From assembly GCA_951406725.2 (NCBI GenBank), contig OX597815.1:93496001-93560000 (forward strand): 64,000 nucleotides of DNA, in the 5' to 3' direction. Shown one piece after another: positions 13,161 to 24,692 of this stretch. A program made the translations under genes and the position numbers. The notes under the pieces are model-generated. The model saw only the letters and a list, made by a program, of their open reading frames with translations, made no database searches and was not told where the DNA came from. The stretch's first letter is position 1. The number at the start of each line of letters is the position of its first letter. Source of the stretch: Octopus vulgaris (Eukaryota).

Positions 13161-14281
13161 GAGAGAGAGAGAAAAACAAATGACTAAAATTGCTAAATAT
13201 ATCACTTCATCTGAACCAGAGATGCCAAACCAGTGACATGTGGTTGATTTGTAGACATCACACCATAGACAGAGAAAAAGAAATCACCCATTAACATCTT
13301 ATTAATAAAAAGCTTCACTATAAACATTTGCAGAAAACTAAAATATGTGTATACATATGACACTACAATACAGGAATTATTATAGAAATTAAAACTTCAA
13401 CAAAGGTCTGCCTTCTATGATCTAAACTTTTGAAGTTGAATCTTTCAATGTTTCACCCTTTGTTTTAAGAGGGCAGATTTAATTTGAAGTGTTGTTTTGC
13501 TATTTCTAGCAAATCAAGCAACTATGCAGAGGATCCCTTACTGATTAGACAAGTTGCAAAAGAAAACAGAAGAATACTATTGACTATGTGTGTGTGTGTG
13601 TGTCTAGTAAACTAAGAGAATAAAGAACTAGACAACTAGATACTAAGTATGTTCCAGCAATTAACACATTGCCTCAGTGCTCTAAATTCATAGTACTCAT
13701 ATTCCTCTATAAATCAACTTTTACTTTTCATCCTTTTGTGGGTCAATGCTATAATTCACCAATAAAATCCTGAATTGATTCAGTTGACTAAAACTCCTTC
13801 CATTTAACAATTGATCTAGTTTGCAATCACAAAGAATCTATATTTGTTAATGCCTTGATGGTGTGTTATGTCGGTGTGTCTAATCCAATTGAGAATAATT
13901 AATCAGAAAACCTAATAACAATGAATCCACTGATGCTTTATATTTAACTTGGGGGGGTTTAAAAGATAGAAAAGAAAAAAACAAACAAACCTATCCACAT
14001 ATATGTAATTATTCATGCAATAAACTGGCAACTTTATTTTTTTCTAAAAATATACATCCAATTGGCTATTTCAGCTTGAAGTATTTTTAGAAAAGTACCT
14101 CACAGATGTATTTATTTCTTATCCATTAAACAGATTATCTAGATCAGATCATTACACAGCTATTTGATCAGATTATTACCCACAGTGCTATTTCAACAGA
14201 TTATTATTACATTGATATATTTCACTCTTCATAAAGAGAAATTTTTAGCAGTTCAATTTTAACTTATGGAATAATCATTTG

Positions 14282-14282
<1 letters not shown>

Positions 14283-14378
<96 letters not shown>

Positions 14379-14402
14379 CAGACAGACAGACACAGAGAGA
14401 GA
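14283..14402. repeat. Compound microsatellite (TA)n(GA)n(GACA)n
   Basis: Directly visible. Confidence 0.97.
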
Positions 14403-14914
14403 ACTTCTCAGATTTCTCAGAGCTTTTTACTTTCCTTTTCACTCAAAATTTCAAGTATATAGAGCAACAAAGAACTATATAAAACCTTTCACTCTGCCAG
14501 AAAGAAAGAGAAAAACTAAAACAAAACTATTTTCTGGTTGAGTATACATTTAATCATGTTGAATAACCTATATCATTAAATTTTACCATTTTCACTTAAA
14601 CTCTCTATCTCCAAATTACTTTTAGAAACCACTTGATAGATTTCTCTGTAAATTTCATTCTTACATTTCATAACTAAATGTATTTTTATTCAAGACATCT
14701 GAATATAAATAGTTTACTAATAACTGAATGGAATTCTTAACTTTAGCCATTATCTGACAATAAAACTATTGTATGACTAGAAAACTGCAGCTGCTGCTAA
14801 TGTTGTCTGTGTGTAGGGAAACAAAACTGATGCTGTTTGTATATTATAAATGTGAATGTGTGTATACAACCAGGAAAATAGAACTCAAAACATGAAAATA
14901 TATATCACAGTATC

Positions 14915-15250
14915 GACCAGGGCTTCAGATGTTGTTACACATCACTGGTCACAATGCATTTGCAATGATTCTTGATTGTGTCATTCTTTTCCATTTGCTT
15001 GACCAAATTGTCTTCCCATCGCCATGGAGGTCTTCCAAGTGGCCTTTTCTGATCTCTTGGATATCACTCAACAACTGCATGGCCCGACTTGTTGCCTGTG
15101 AAACTTGCAATATGTCTGACCCAGTAGAACTTGTGCGTTTGTACTCTGTGATCATGTTGTTCACTCTGCTCCATTCTTGAATTATCTCATTTCAAATGTG
15201 CTCTCTTAGTGATATTCCTAGCATGTATCTTTCCAAGGGCCTTTGCATCA
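14915..15250 (-). mobile_element. RTE-type LINE ORF2 C-terminal fragment
   Basis: Minus frames give LERYMLGISLREHI and YPRDQKRPLGRPPWRWED, typical of the RTE ORF2 end. Confidence 0.75.
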
Positions 15251-15255
15251 TAGCA

Positions 15256-15315
15256 TCAGATATGTTTGCATCTATGAATTATATATATATAATTCATAGA
15301 TGCAAACATATCTGA
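15256..15315. repeat. Perfect 60-bp palindrome
   Basis: TCAGATATGTTTGCATCTATGAATTATATA followed immediately by its exact reverse complement. Confidence 0.97.
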
Positions 15316-16003
15316 GTGATTTAAAAGTCTGCTTCAAAACCATGAGGCCCCAAGTTTGATCCCATTATGTAGCATGTTAGGCAAGAACCTTTACCATAGC
15401 CTGGAGTAGATCTAAGCTTTGTCAGTGAGTTAAGACAGAAAAAAATTGTATAGAAACTTAGCAGATGATGTGTACCTGTAATTCAAAAGTCTAACCTTGT
15501 CACATTGCATCAGACTGATTCTACTCAAGAATTAGCTAAGAATAAGTGTTTGTGGAATACTCAGTCACTTCACATGCTAATTAAATGATCAGGTTGTCCA
15601 GTTGATCAAACAACTGAACATATGTCAAAACTGACAGGAGAGCCTATCATGTGTGCATGCATATGTGTTTTGGAAATATAAAACATACATGACTGAATAA
15701 TTAAAAAGTTCATTCTTCGAACACAAAGCGCAGGAATTTCATCATATACTTCAGATTGATGGCAAAACAAATGTCAAAGAAGATAACATCAGGACTTGGA
15801 TAGAAGACAGGACACCAAGTCTTAGTAGGAGGAAAAAAATAAAGCAGATGAAGTTCATCCTTGTTGGTAACAGTAGAAATAGTGTAGATGAAGGAGACGA
15901 CAAAAGTCAGACTTTGTTATAAGTCCGGTAACATTATTTTCTACATTGACTTATTAACAGAATCTGATGTTTAGCAATAATTGTCAACATCTTAGAGCCT
16001 AAA

Positions 16004-16216
16004 CACTTTAGCATTTAAACCAGTTATATCTGGTCCATACCTGTTTTATGTTCAAACTTGCCAGATCTGATATCTCACACCTACCCTACAATATCATTCT
16101 AAAAATATACACTCATATCATTGAAATCTCAAAGCTACAAGATAATGCATGATTAATTCAAAACAATCTGAATAAATAAATTTTACATTTGACAGAGTAA
16201 TCTGAATGCTAAAGGG
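16004..16216. mobile_element. piggyBac-type MITE, family B (degenerate; opposite orientation to 34027 copy)
   Basis: Ends CACTTTAGCATT ... AATGCTAAAGGG; the body is similar to the reverse complement of 34027-34256. Confidence 0.75.
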
Positions 16217-16655
16217 TCAGGGAAATTCTTTATCCCAAAGCAGCATCAACCAAATAAACAACCAAACATGGCTCTTTCTTCAGCCAATCCATCTCAATCT
16301 TGCTGAAACAGTTAAGGTAGCAGATGATAACGATAGTCCACCTACTGTTAACTCAGTTGCTCCTCAATTATTTCAGATTTCTGGCAGTGGGAAGTAAGAA
16401 AGAGCATGTGAAACATCATGGCTCTACAAACTTGTGATAAGTTACCACCTCTGTCTCTACACCACCTTCACTACATTGAGCTTATCTATCATCTACCACT
16501 TACAGGTAAATAAAATCACCAATTTACAGTTTGAACTTCATTTTTTTGCATTCAATAATATTAAATAATTTTAAATATTGTTTTAAATTGTAGCATGGTT
16601 ACAGCATTTTTACCATTTTGTTCAGCTTACAGCCAACATATTTTCCAATATTGTA

Positions 16656-17150
16656 GGTGCAAGAGTGGTCGTGTAGTTGAGAAATTTCCTTCTCAACCAC
16701 ACAGTTTCAGGTTCAAGTCCTACTGCATGGTACTTTGGGCAAGTGCTTTCTATTATATCTCTGACCTAACCAAAATCTTGTGAGTAGATTCGGTAGACAA
16801 ACATTGAAAAGTGCATGTGCGTGTGTGAGAGAGAGAGAGAGAGATTAAAGATTGTTTGTGTGTATATGTTTATGTCTCCTGATCTTGACATTGCATGATA
16901 GTTGCAAATGATTGTCAGTCATACAAGTAATGTCAGTCATACAAGTAATGTCAGTCATACAAGTAATGTCGGTCATATCCAATAACCTGTGAGAAAATAT
17001 ATGGCTATGGGGAAATATTACTTTGCTTAGGAACAAGTAGGGGCTAGTGATAAGAAAGGACATCCAGGTGTAGAAAATCTACCTCAACAAACTTTGTCCA
17101 ACCCATGCAAGCACAGAAAAGTGGACGTTAAAACATTTGATGATGATGAT
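16656..17150 (+). mobile_element. tRNA-derived SINE with (GAT)n tail and internal 18-bp tandem expansion
   Basis: A/B-box-like head (GGTCGTGTAGTTGAG...GGTTCAAGTCC) and tail ACCCATGCAAGCA...GACGTTAAA..GATGATGAT. About 3.5 copies of TGTCAGTCATACAAGTAA at 16913-16977. Confidence 0.85.
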
Positions 17151-17888
17151 TGAAGACATATGCAATACTAACCCCTTCTAACTCATGCAATCAGCCAAAA
17201 TGGACACCAATTGCCCTTATTAATATAGTTTTGTGAGGATACACTGTATATGTGTATATATATGTCACGATGTTAATGTCCACTAAATAGATTTTGCCAA
17301 CCTGTGCAAGCATGGAAAAATGGACATAAAATGAATACACAGACACACATTTTATTTATATATATATGCATAAAGCTTACGCATAGCTGTGTGATTACAA
17401 AGTCCTCTTCACAGCCACATAGTACAAGGTGTAGCACCTTGTGCAAATGTCTTCTACTATCAACTACAGGCCAGCCAAAACCTTGAAAGTATAATTAGGT
17501 AGAAAGAAACTGTACAGCAGCCTATTTATTGCATATAATGGATATGAACATCAAGATATTTTGGTTTCTGTCTTAAGAATACACATGTAATTTATATAAC
17601 GCAGAAAAAAAAATTTGTTATGGACTTGTTTTGTGATGTTAATTATCTATGTAGCTTTGTTAATATTATCTTCATTGCTAAATAATTACCATGAAATACA
17701 ACTGAGAAAGAAGAGTGGCCAATACTCCAAGTGAAATCTGCCTCAAAGTAGCCTCCACACAGAGTAAGCTATCTGTTCTCTACCACTAGTTATATCAGTG
17801 CCAAAATTTTAGATGCAGAACTGTTGGATTTGGGTTTAGATTTGGATTTGATCAAACAAGCCAGTTTTACTGTTAGTTACCAGCTTAC

Positions 17889-17965
17889 CTTTCCCTCCGA
17901 CAGTCACTGTAAATGATGGACCTGATTTTACAGTGACAGTAAATGTGTATATAACCTTTGTTCAT
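17889..17965 (-). CDS. USP37: First coding exon of a USP37-like deubiquitinase (PH-like N-terminal domain); full exon probably 17889-17988
   Basis: ATG at 17965-17963 is directly preceded by an in-frame TAA. Translates MNKGYIHIYCHCKIRSIIYSDCRRE plus 2 nt. Donor AAG|GTAAGC; candidate acceptor TTAATGTTCTAG| at 17990/17989. The phase-2 end matches the next exon. KIRSI resembles RIRSM of vertebrate USP37 (recalled, not searched). Confidence 0.65.
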
Positions 17966-19301
17966 TTATTCACAACCCATACACTGTTCTAGAACATTAA
18001 TTAATAGACAGGCACTATGCTGGCACATCACAAAATTAAGTCTAATACACACACACACACACACTACACTTTCTTCAAATAAGAAATACTGACTAAATAT
18101 ACCTATTTTTTTAACATTGGACACTCATTTTGGTAACTTCAATACATTTAAACTACATCAAAAGTAAATACGTTATCTAAAGAATTTCAATAGATATTTT
18201 TCAAAACTTGCATAGGTGTAATGGTTTATTTGTCAGAAGAATATATCATTTTTAGAGATGAATCGTGAAATTACTGCTAACTACTGAACTATAAAGTAGC
18301 TTTCTTTCAATTAAACTGAAACTGGCAGTTAGGTACCTTGTGAAAAAGAAGGTAAGATACCACATCAGTTACATTAGTAGGATTTGAATTTATGATCATG
18401 TGATCAACAGCCTAGCACTAACATCTCTTGCTATTATATCCTCTAAAACTACAAAGAAATTTTTAGCTGCAAGAAGTAATAATCTCTTTTGTTATTTTTT
18501 ATTTCCTCATAAAATTATGACCACAGGAGAAAATACCAAGTAAATAAAATTATGACCACAGACAGCTTACTGGAACCAGCAAAAGAATAATTAAAGATTA
18601 AATTTTTCTAACACAATTCATAACTGCTTTGACAACCTATTTGCTATTTGAAATTTCATTCATTCAAGTGGTCAGTTCCTATTGAAACAGTTTTACAAAA
18701 CTGTTTAGATTTATAATTGGTGTCACTTCAATGATTAATGTCTAATATACATAAATCTCTGAGGCCTTGCGACCACATTGATGAAATTATTATTTATTTA
18801 TATCCTATTAAACCTAGCAGGGAACATGAAAGTCTACAGACAACTTGTATTTTCATTTTTGTAGTGGTTGTCACAGCTAGAGTGCCTTTGATTAAGAACC
18901 TACTTGATCAGGATTATCTATGCCTTCCAGTCACCGATACCTGTTAAGTAAAGTATTTTTTTATTCCACTGGTCAGTGCACATCAAAATCAACAAAGTGA
19001 TATGATATGTTGTTAATGGGAGACATAAACAACTTCACCACTGCTCAGATGGTGTCAAAGTGAAGATACACAGAAACAGACACTCACAGTCCACACACAC
19101 ATTACACACATGCAGAGAACTGTAGTGTCAGTACTCAAAAACTTGAACTCCACCTCTGACTCCTCAATTTATAGCACTGCCAACTGACGCCTCTATTTGT
19201 AATTGGACTAATCATATTTCTTATATCAATTGAGATCACACAGCATATGTGGCCAATGTAAATCCTCAGGGTATATTTTAACATCATTATAAGCTTTAGA
19301 G

Positions 19302-19633
19302 TAAGGGTTCTCAACCATTTTTTACCTATGGATCTCTTTGATTACTGTTTTATTCTGGTAGACCCACCATAGCTATTCGATGTTTAAAAAATAGTTTTAT
19401 AGGTACTTCTTTTCAAAATTCCTATTTTGTTTATGACACATTAACTTGTGTATGTTGAACTATGTAAAATGTTAGAGAAAGAAACCCAGCTGTTTCATGC
19501 AATAAATACCAATATATACATCTAAAGCAAAGTTTTTTCAGGGACCCATAAAATACTATTGTGCATCTCCAGTTTACTATTTAGTTGTATGGACCACCAA
19601 AAATCTTATATGGACCCTGTTTGAGAACCACTG
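19302..19633. mobile_element. hAT (Charlie-type) MITE
   Basis: TIRs TAAGGGTTCTCAA / TTGAGAACCACTG; perfect 8-bp target duplication CTTTAGAG at 19294-19301 and 19634-19641. Confidence 0.92.
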
Positions 19634-20089
19634 CTTTAGAGCATTGACTGAAGATAAAATTGAAGTGAACATGAAAATTATGTGGTAAAATACTGAAAAG
19701 TTTACTCTTACAAAATTTAATAAAGAAATACTGTATCCATAAACAAAAGTTAAATCCAAATCCATATCCATAATTAATTAACCACTTGTTCTTATACGCA
19801 CAACTGTTTCTGTCAGATCCTCCTTTAGAGAAACCCTAAAATTTAATTTGATCATTTTCAGAGCAGAAAACAGTCAAATTAGCGTCAGTAAAGTTAAAAA
19901 TTTTAATACAGTACATTTAGTCGAAGTTGAAGTAGGTATGTTTTTTTACTCCAACTCTACAACCCTGAACACACATGTAAAATTGTCCTCATTTTACTTA
20001 TCTTCTACACTAGCAAGGTTTGGATGGGTCATCATAGTTGAACTCATTTCTTATTCAGAATTACTGTACTTCTAGGGTGGAGAGAGGTC

Positions 20090-20385
20090 ACACATGCTTC
20101 ATTACAGTTTCTGTCTCCCAGATTTCACAATGTATCAACCCAAAGGCTATGGTAGAAGACACTTGGCCAGGGTCCAACACAGTGGGATGGAACATGAAAC
20201 CACAAGATTGCAAAGCACTTCATTACCACAAAGCCTTCTTGTGCCAAGCGTGTGTTTGTGTGTATATCATCATTATCATCATCGTTTAACGTCCGTTTTC
20301 CATGTTGGCATGGGTTGGGCAGTTTGACTGAGGTCTCAAGAGCCAGCGGCTGCACTAGGCTCCAATCTGATCTGGCAATGTTTCT
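20090..20385 (-). mobile_element. SINE head fragment plus SINE 3' tail fragment
   Basis: Reverse-complement SINE head (GAAGACACTTGGCCAGGG...) followed by CATCATCATCGTTTAACGTCC...CATGGGTTGG tail. Confidence 0.7.
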
Positions 20386-20999
20386 TTAAATATATATATA
20401 GTCTAGTGAAGACATATGTATGGTGGGTACAGAGGGCAGTAGAAACACCAATGTAAAATATATCTTAGGATATAAAATCTAATGGATATGGTTATGTGGA
20501 GAAATACTGTTGTAGACAGATCTAACTCTCAAATAACAACATGAAAAGTGGGGAAATAAACAGATAAAAGGATTAAGCTGCTATAATGCACTAAAGCAGG
20601 AAACCTCTATATGAAGGAACATTTGAATGGTCACAAGTCTTGCTGGAAATAGAACTAAATTTTCCTCCTAAGAGTCCTGAATAGGGAGACATTAGATAAT
20701 GAAATCTTACATGCTCTTAAAAATGTGGGGTGGTCACAACTGGAATGACTGAATAAAAGTTTGCCCAATCACACTTTACTTAGTTTTTGTACAGAAATTG
20801 TTTTTATTTACTCTGTTCCTTCCACATTCTGCAGAAATATTTCAAGTGAGAGTATCTCACTAACAAGGAGAGAGAGTATATCTTCTACCCAAAGAGAATA
20901 CACTTTCCACAGACAGAAAATATAGTTTCTACTAAGCCAAAGAGAGTATATAGCTTCTACACAGTCAAATACAGTATATCGACTACATTGCACAATCCA

Positions 21000-21820
21000 C
21001 CTCTCAACCTGCAGCCTGTTCTTTTGGTTCATTGCCAAAAAGATTTTTACTACTTCTCTACCATGATGGTTCTGCAAACAGCATTCTCACAGAGAAATCT
21101 TCCACATTTACTGCCTGCTTTACATTCAACTTCATACACACTGCACAAATCTCCTCCAAAACTATATCTCTCCACTCTGCCAAACCCACAATCATGTACA
21201 CCAAGTGCAAAAGTACCTCCTGTTGCTTCAAATCAATGAGGACATTGGTTTGACCATGTTCTTCCATTACACTTAAAGTGTCTCCAAGCTAGTCAAACTC
21301 CTTGATATGTTTCTCTCAACAGGGATATATCCTAATCACTAGAAACACTACAGAGTATCCACTTCCCAAGAAGAGCAACCCCTCTGACTATGTCAACTAT
21401 CATGAGATCACTTCACTTCCAACATTTAAGATGATGAAGGCAGTCATTAAGAACAACTTTCTCTAGTACCTCAACTCCCTTTTCCTTCTTAATAATCACT
21501 TCCTTTCATAAATCTATATCTACTGGAAGTTTCCATTTCCTACATCCTTCACCGGTGAACCTTCAACTCTGAAAAATTTGGCAAAAACAATATTATTGTA
21601 TTTGACATCAGCGAAGAATTTTACTACATCTGGTGCTTGAACCTCCAAGAAAAACTACCTGCCTATGGCATTCCATCACCATGAAGCTCTAGGGCTAGAT
21701 GGATTGGAAGTTTCTTATCACACAACATCATTGAAATAAATGTCTCTTGGACCCACACACTATTAACTATGATATGCCCCAAGATTCAGTTTGTGCTCCT
21801 TCCACTACCATCCTTGCCAT
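21000..21820 (+). mobile_element. Highly degenerate CR1/Jockey-group LINE (reverse transcriptase remnant)
   Basis: VFDISEEFYYIW..LQEKLPAYGI..WIGSFLS..INYDMPQDSV matches the RT pattern LDISKAFDRVW..KL..YGI..WI.SFL..GVPQGSV. Left boundary is uncertain. Confidence 0.6.
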
Positions 21821-21972
21821 CCCTTCCAATACATATATAACAGACACAGAAGTCAGTCTGCCTGGCCAGCTTCTGTCAAACCATCCAACCCATGCCAACA
21901 TAGAAGGCAGACGTTAAATGATGATAGTGATTAATACATGTGTATATGCATGTGTGCTATTAATTATATTAA

Positions 21973-22855
21973 TCTTTATATATATAAAACTGAGAATGTG
22001 TGTCTGTCTGTCTGTGTGTTTCCCTAAAACTTAAGAACTACACAACCAATTTCATTCAAATTTTACACATGCCTTACTTAGGGTCCAGGGAGTGTCATCG
22101 GCAAAAAGAATTTTTAACTTTTTACCTAGGGCGAGCCCACAGCAATATCATATCTTCTCCACTACGATTCCCTAAAACTTGAGAACTACACAACCAATTT
22201 CATCCAAATTTTACACATGCCTTACTTAGGGTCTATGTAGTTTCATGAGCAAAAAAAAATATTCAACTTCTTGCCTAGAGCGAGCCCATAGCAATATCAT
22301 ATCTTCTCCACTATTTCAGTATTACGTGTTAAAAGTGAAACAAAAATATTTCTCTATTTTATGTCAGATGTTTTCACTTTAACAATAAAAATAATAATAA
22401 CAATTGAATTATATGTAGTAAGTAATAATTAAAATCAAACTAAAGTATAATATAATCGTAACATAACAAAAGTAAAAATAGCAATTGGTATAAAAATTGC
22501 ATCAATGATTTAAACTTGAATAAGTGGTTTCACATGAATGGGAATAGATTAAAAATAAAATTAGCGTGCAGAAATGGAATAGTCCAGATGGATAATAAAA
22601 AACTTAAATTAAAGAAAAGACTATTGTCTATAAAGTATACAATGTAGAGAAAAAAGAAGAGCTAACAATTCCAGTCTGTTATATATTTTGAGTATTGTTA
22701 TCACTAGCGATATCAAGATATAACTTTGTATTTTGCATTTTATGTGTAGATTTATATATATATATAGATGTACATGTAATATGTACACATATATATATAC
22801 ACATATATACATGCACTAACACTATGACCCGGCAACGACGGGTCTTTAATACTAG
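21973..22855 (+). mobile_element. Non-autonomous Helitron
   Basis: A|TCTTTATATATATAAAA 5' end; subterminal hairpin GACCCGGCAACGACGGGTC (22826-22844); CTAG|T 3' end; no target duplication; internal ~145-bp tandem duplication (22021-22164, 22169-22313). Confidence 0.9.
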
Positions 22856-23212
22856 TACAAGTATAAATGTATTCCAGTAATTTGATAAATGAGAGAAGCC
22901 TGCTATATATGTGTGAGTAGAAGTGTATGTCTCTACCTAACTTTGGACACCACTTGTCAGTGATGATATGTTTATGCCACATATAAACAAAAGGTCCAAC
23001 AGTTTGAAGAGTGATGAGCAAAGACATGGAATATCTAACATGAAAAGATTTAACAGTTGGTGTCAAGCAGAGTAAATGGCTTGTCAATTCTGTTTCAAAA
23101 AGTCTCAGCCAAGCCATACAAGCATCGAAAAAATGGAAAAGAGCAGATGGTGGTGGTGGTAATGATGATGATGATGATGATGACAATATATTGCAGTATT
23201 TTGATATACTGG

Positions 23213-23517
23213 GGCACCACATTGAAGAATCTTAGTCAAATGAATTGACTTCTTATTTTTAAAAACCTGTACTTATTCTATCAGTCTCTTTTGCTAAACT
23301 GCTAAGTTATGGGGACATAAACACACTAACACCAGTTGTCAAGCAGTGGTGGCAGATAAAAACACATACACATATATACACACACACATACATACAAGGG
23401 GCTTCTTTCAGTTTCCATCTACCAAATCCACTCACAAGGCTTTAGTCAGCCTGAGGCTGTAGAAGACACTTGCTTAAGAAGCCATGTGGTTGGGAAGCAA
23501 ACTTCTTAGCACACAGC

Positions 23518-23520
<3 letters not shown>
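23213..23520 (-). mobile_element. tRNA-derived SINE
   Basis: Reverse complement of the family seen at 41293-41678. Confidence 0.85.
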
Positions 23521-23578
<58 letters not shown>

Positions 23579-23781
23579 GATAATTCATAAAAAAAGCAAA
23601 AGATGAAGACAGGTGGTGTAGACAACAAACAGATGTATTAGTTTAATGCTCGGGAAGTGAAAAAGTCTTTAATGTTTCGAGACTACGCTCTTCCACAGAA
23701 AAGAAACACAGAAAGAAACAAGGAGAGAAAATAAAGAATGTGTAGTGGCTAGCAATCTATCATGGCAAATGCTGATATTCA

Positions 23782-24692
23782 CAGGGTGCAGTGAATAAAC
23801 TGTCATCTAAATTATGCAAAAATGAAAATAACGCTAACATCTCATTTTAACAGATATATTTACCAAATTACATAAAAATATCTTGAAATACTAATGAGTA
23901 AATTTATTCAATGAAATTGCCATTGGCTTCAACTACAGACTCCAGACAACTTTGGTCTCCTTGTTTAAGGAGACTAGATGGTCTCCTTTAAGGAGACTAG
24001 ATGGTCTCCTTGTTTAAGCTGGTGAATGCTACCATAATCCTGGCCTTTAGTTCAACTTTGGTGCTACAAGGAGTTTTGTTGGTCCCTCACTTGACTGCGC
24101 CCCACACATGATAATCAAGAGGGTTGAAGTCTGGGTAGTTAGGTGACCAGATGTTAGGGGTGATATGGTTGCAGAAACCGTCTGACAGCCATGACTGGGT
24201 TCTCCTGCTTGTGTGGCATGGTGCAGAGTCATGTTGCCAGACATAGGGTCTTCCAGCAGCCACCCTCCTGACCCAGGGTAGCACTACCTCCTCCAAACAC
24301 TTGATGTAGGCCTCCATATTGAGTCTGAGACCATGTGAGAAGATGAATGGAGGTATAAAATTGCCATCACTAGTGATCACTCCAAACACCATGATGTTGA
24401 CTGGAAGTTTGATTTTTATCATTCTCAATACATGTCCTCAGATTGCACCATCTTCAGATTGACACCCAAACCCTCTGAAATGTTTGTATTGGAGCTTCTG
24501 ATACAAATGCCAAGTAGTACAGCATGTTGTTTCCAAATTTCTGACAGAGTGAATTGCATCATGGTGCTGTTTTTCTCAGACGGTGCTTAACTGACCCTAC
24601 TATATTTTGCTAGTTGACAACATCAAAAATAAACAATGTGCATGCATGAAAGTAAAAATATAAAATGGCGACAATTTACCCATTGCACTCTG
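23782..24692 (-). mobile_element. Internally deleted DD37D (maT) transposon
   Basis: Imperfect TIRs CAGGGTGCAGTGAATAAACTGTC / CAGAGTGCAATGGGTAAATTGTC. ORF 24087-24428 has IMVFGVI..WQHDSAPCH..WSPNYPDFNPLDY with D to D spacing of 37. Confidence 0.9.

Noticed and set aside
16913-16977. CRISPR-like array
   Set aside because: Contiguous tandem units with no spacers, inside a SINE, in a eukaryote with no cas genes.
17913-17925. Box C/D-like ATGATGG..CTGA in the hairpin loop on the plus strand
   Set aside because: Too short for a snoRNA, box C is imperfect, and it is antisense to the host gene.
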